Source: Promethearchaeota archaeon (lineage in GTDB: Archaea > Asgardarchaeota > Lokiarchaeia > Sigyniarchaeales > SOKP01). Taken from it: a DNA stretch of 27,542 bases. This document shows, one piece after another, positions 27,321-27,542 of this stretch. The notes below the pieces were generated by a model, which was given only the letters and a program-made list of their open reading frames with translations, did not search any database and was not told the DNA's origin. The DNA lies in assembly GCA_019058015.1 (NCBI GenBank), contig JAHLWH010000089.1:1-27542 (forward strand). The letters are read 5' to 3'. Position 1 is the stretch's first letter; each line of letters starts with the position of its first letter. The position numbers and the translations under genes were made by a program.

Positions 27321-27542
27321 AAAGACCCATGGGGACTTCTATTAATAAAGGACGTAATGTTCCCAGGGTAATTTCATCAAGAGATACTCCTTCTTCACTG
27401 AAGATGCGATAAATAAGAGGAGTGCATGTTTTGCCTCCACATGCTCCCATTCCAACTTGAGTTAAAGCTTTAAGCTCATTAAAATCAGTTATTCCTTTAT
27501 GTATCCATTTTCTGATTTCACCAACTGTTACTCGTTCACATC
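27283..27542 (-). CDS. C-terminal BFD-like [2Fe-2S] domain of a sarcosine oxidase/proline dehydrogenase alpha-type subunit (5' end outside the window)
   Basis: Manual translation gives ...CERVTVGEIRKWIHKGITDFNELKALTQVGMGACGGKTC...RPLLIEVPMGLFA...RI*. Confidence 0.88.
   Translation of the reverse strand, partial: CERVTVGEIRKWIHKGITDFNELKALTQVGMGACGGKTCTPLIYRIFSEEGVSLDEITLGTLRPLLIEVPMGLFARTKEEDKYRI

Noticed and set aside
1-27542. CRISPR arrays, IS elements/integrases, selenocysteine read-through/SECIS, specific promoters and terminators
   Set aside because: No regularly spaced repeats, transposase motifs or in-frame TGA within conserved domains were seen. TATA-like and oligo-T tracts are too frequent in this AT-rich DNA to call individually.

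Overview
AT-rich archaeal chromosomal segment. The gene content (Loki-type profilin, Get3/TRC40, RPA32-like protein, PAC2 and PAC4 proteasome chaperones, archaeal TFB, RpoP, aIF2-beta, NMD3, Rio1) points to an Asgard archaeon, most likely Lokiarchaeia; this assignment is an inference from sequence recognition. Most of the window is housekeeping genes, and I saw no CRISPR array, transposase or integrase. The most unusual structure is a 430-bp tRNA-Leu locus (713-1145). It holds an intact tRNA-Leu(CAA) interrupted by two BHB introns (32/33 and 37/38) that isolate the anticodon on a 5-nt micro-exon, plus two divergently oriented, intron-bearing tRNA-Leu fragments. Other highlights are a profilin with an extra C-terminal domain, an initiator tRNA-Met with an intron, an rpoP gene missed by the ORF track, and an ornithine/citrulline catabolic cluster (OAT, carbamate kinase, an OTC resembling the Giardia enzyme, and a flavin/FeS amine dehydrogenase). 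All calls come from reading the sequence by eye; no searches were run.
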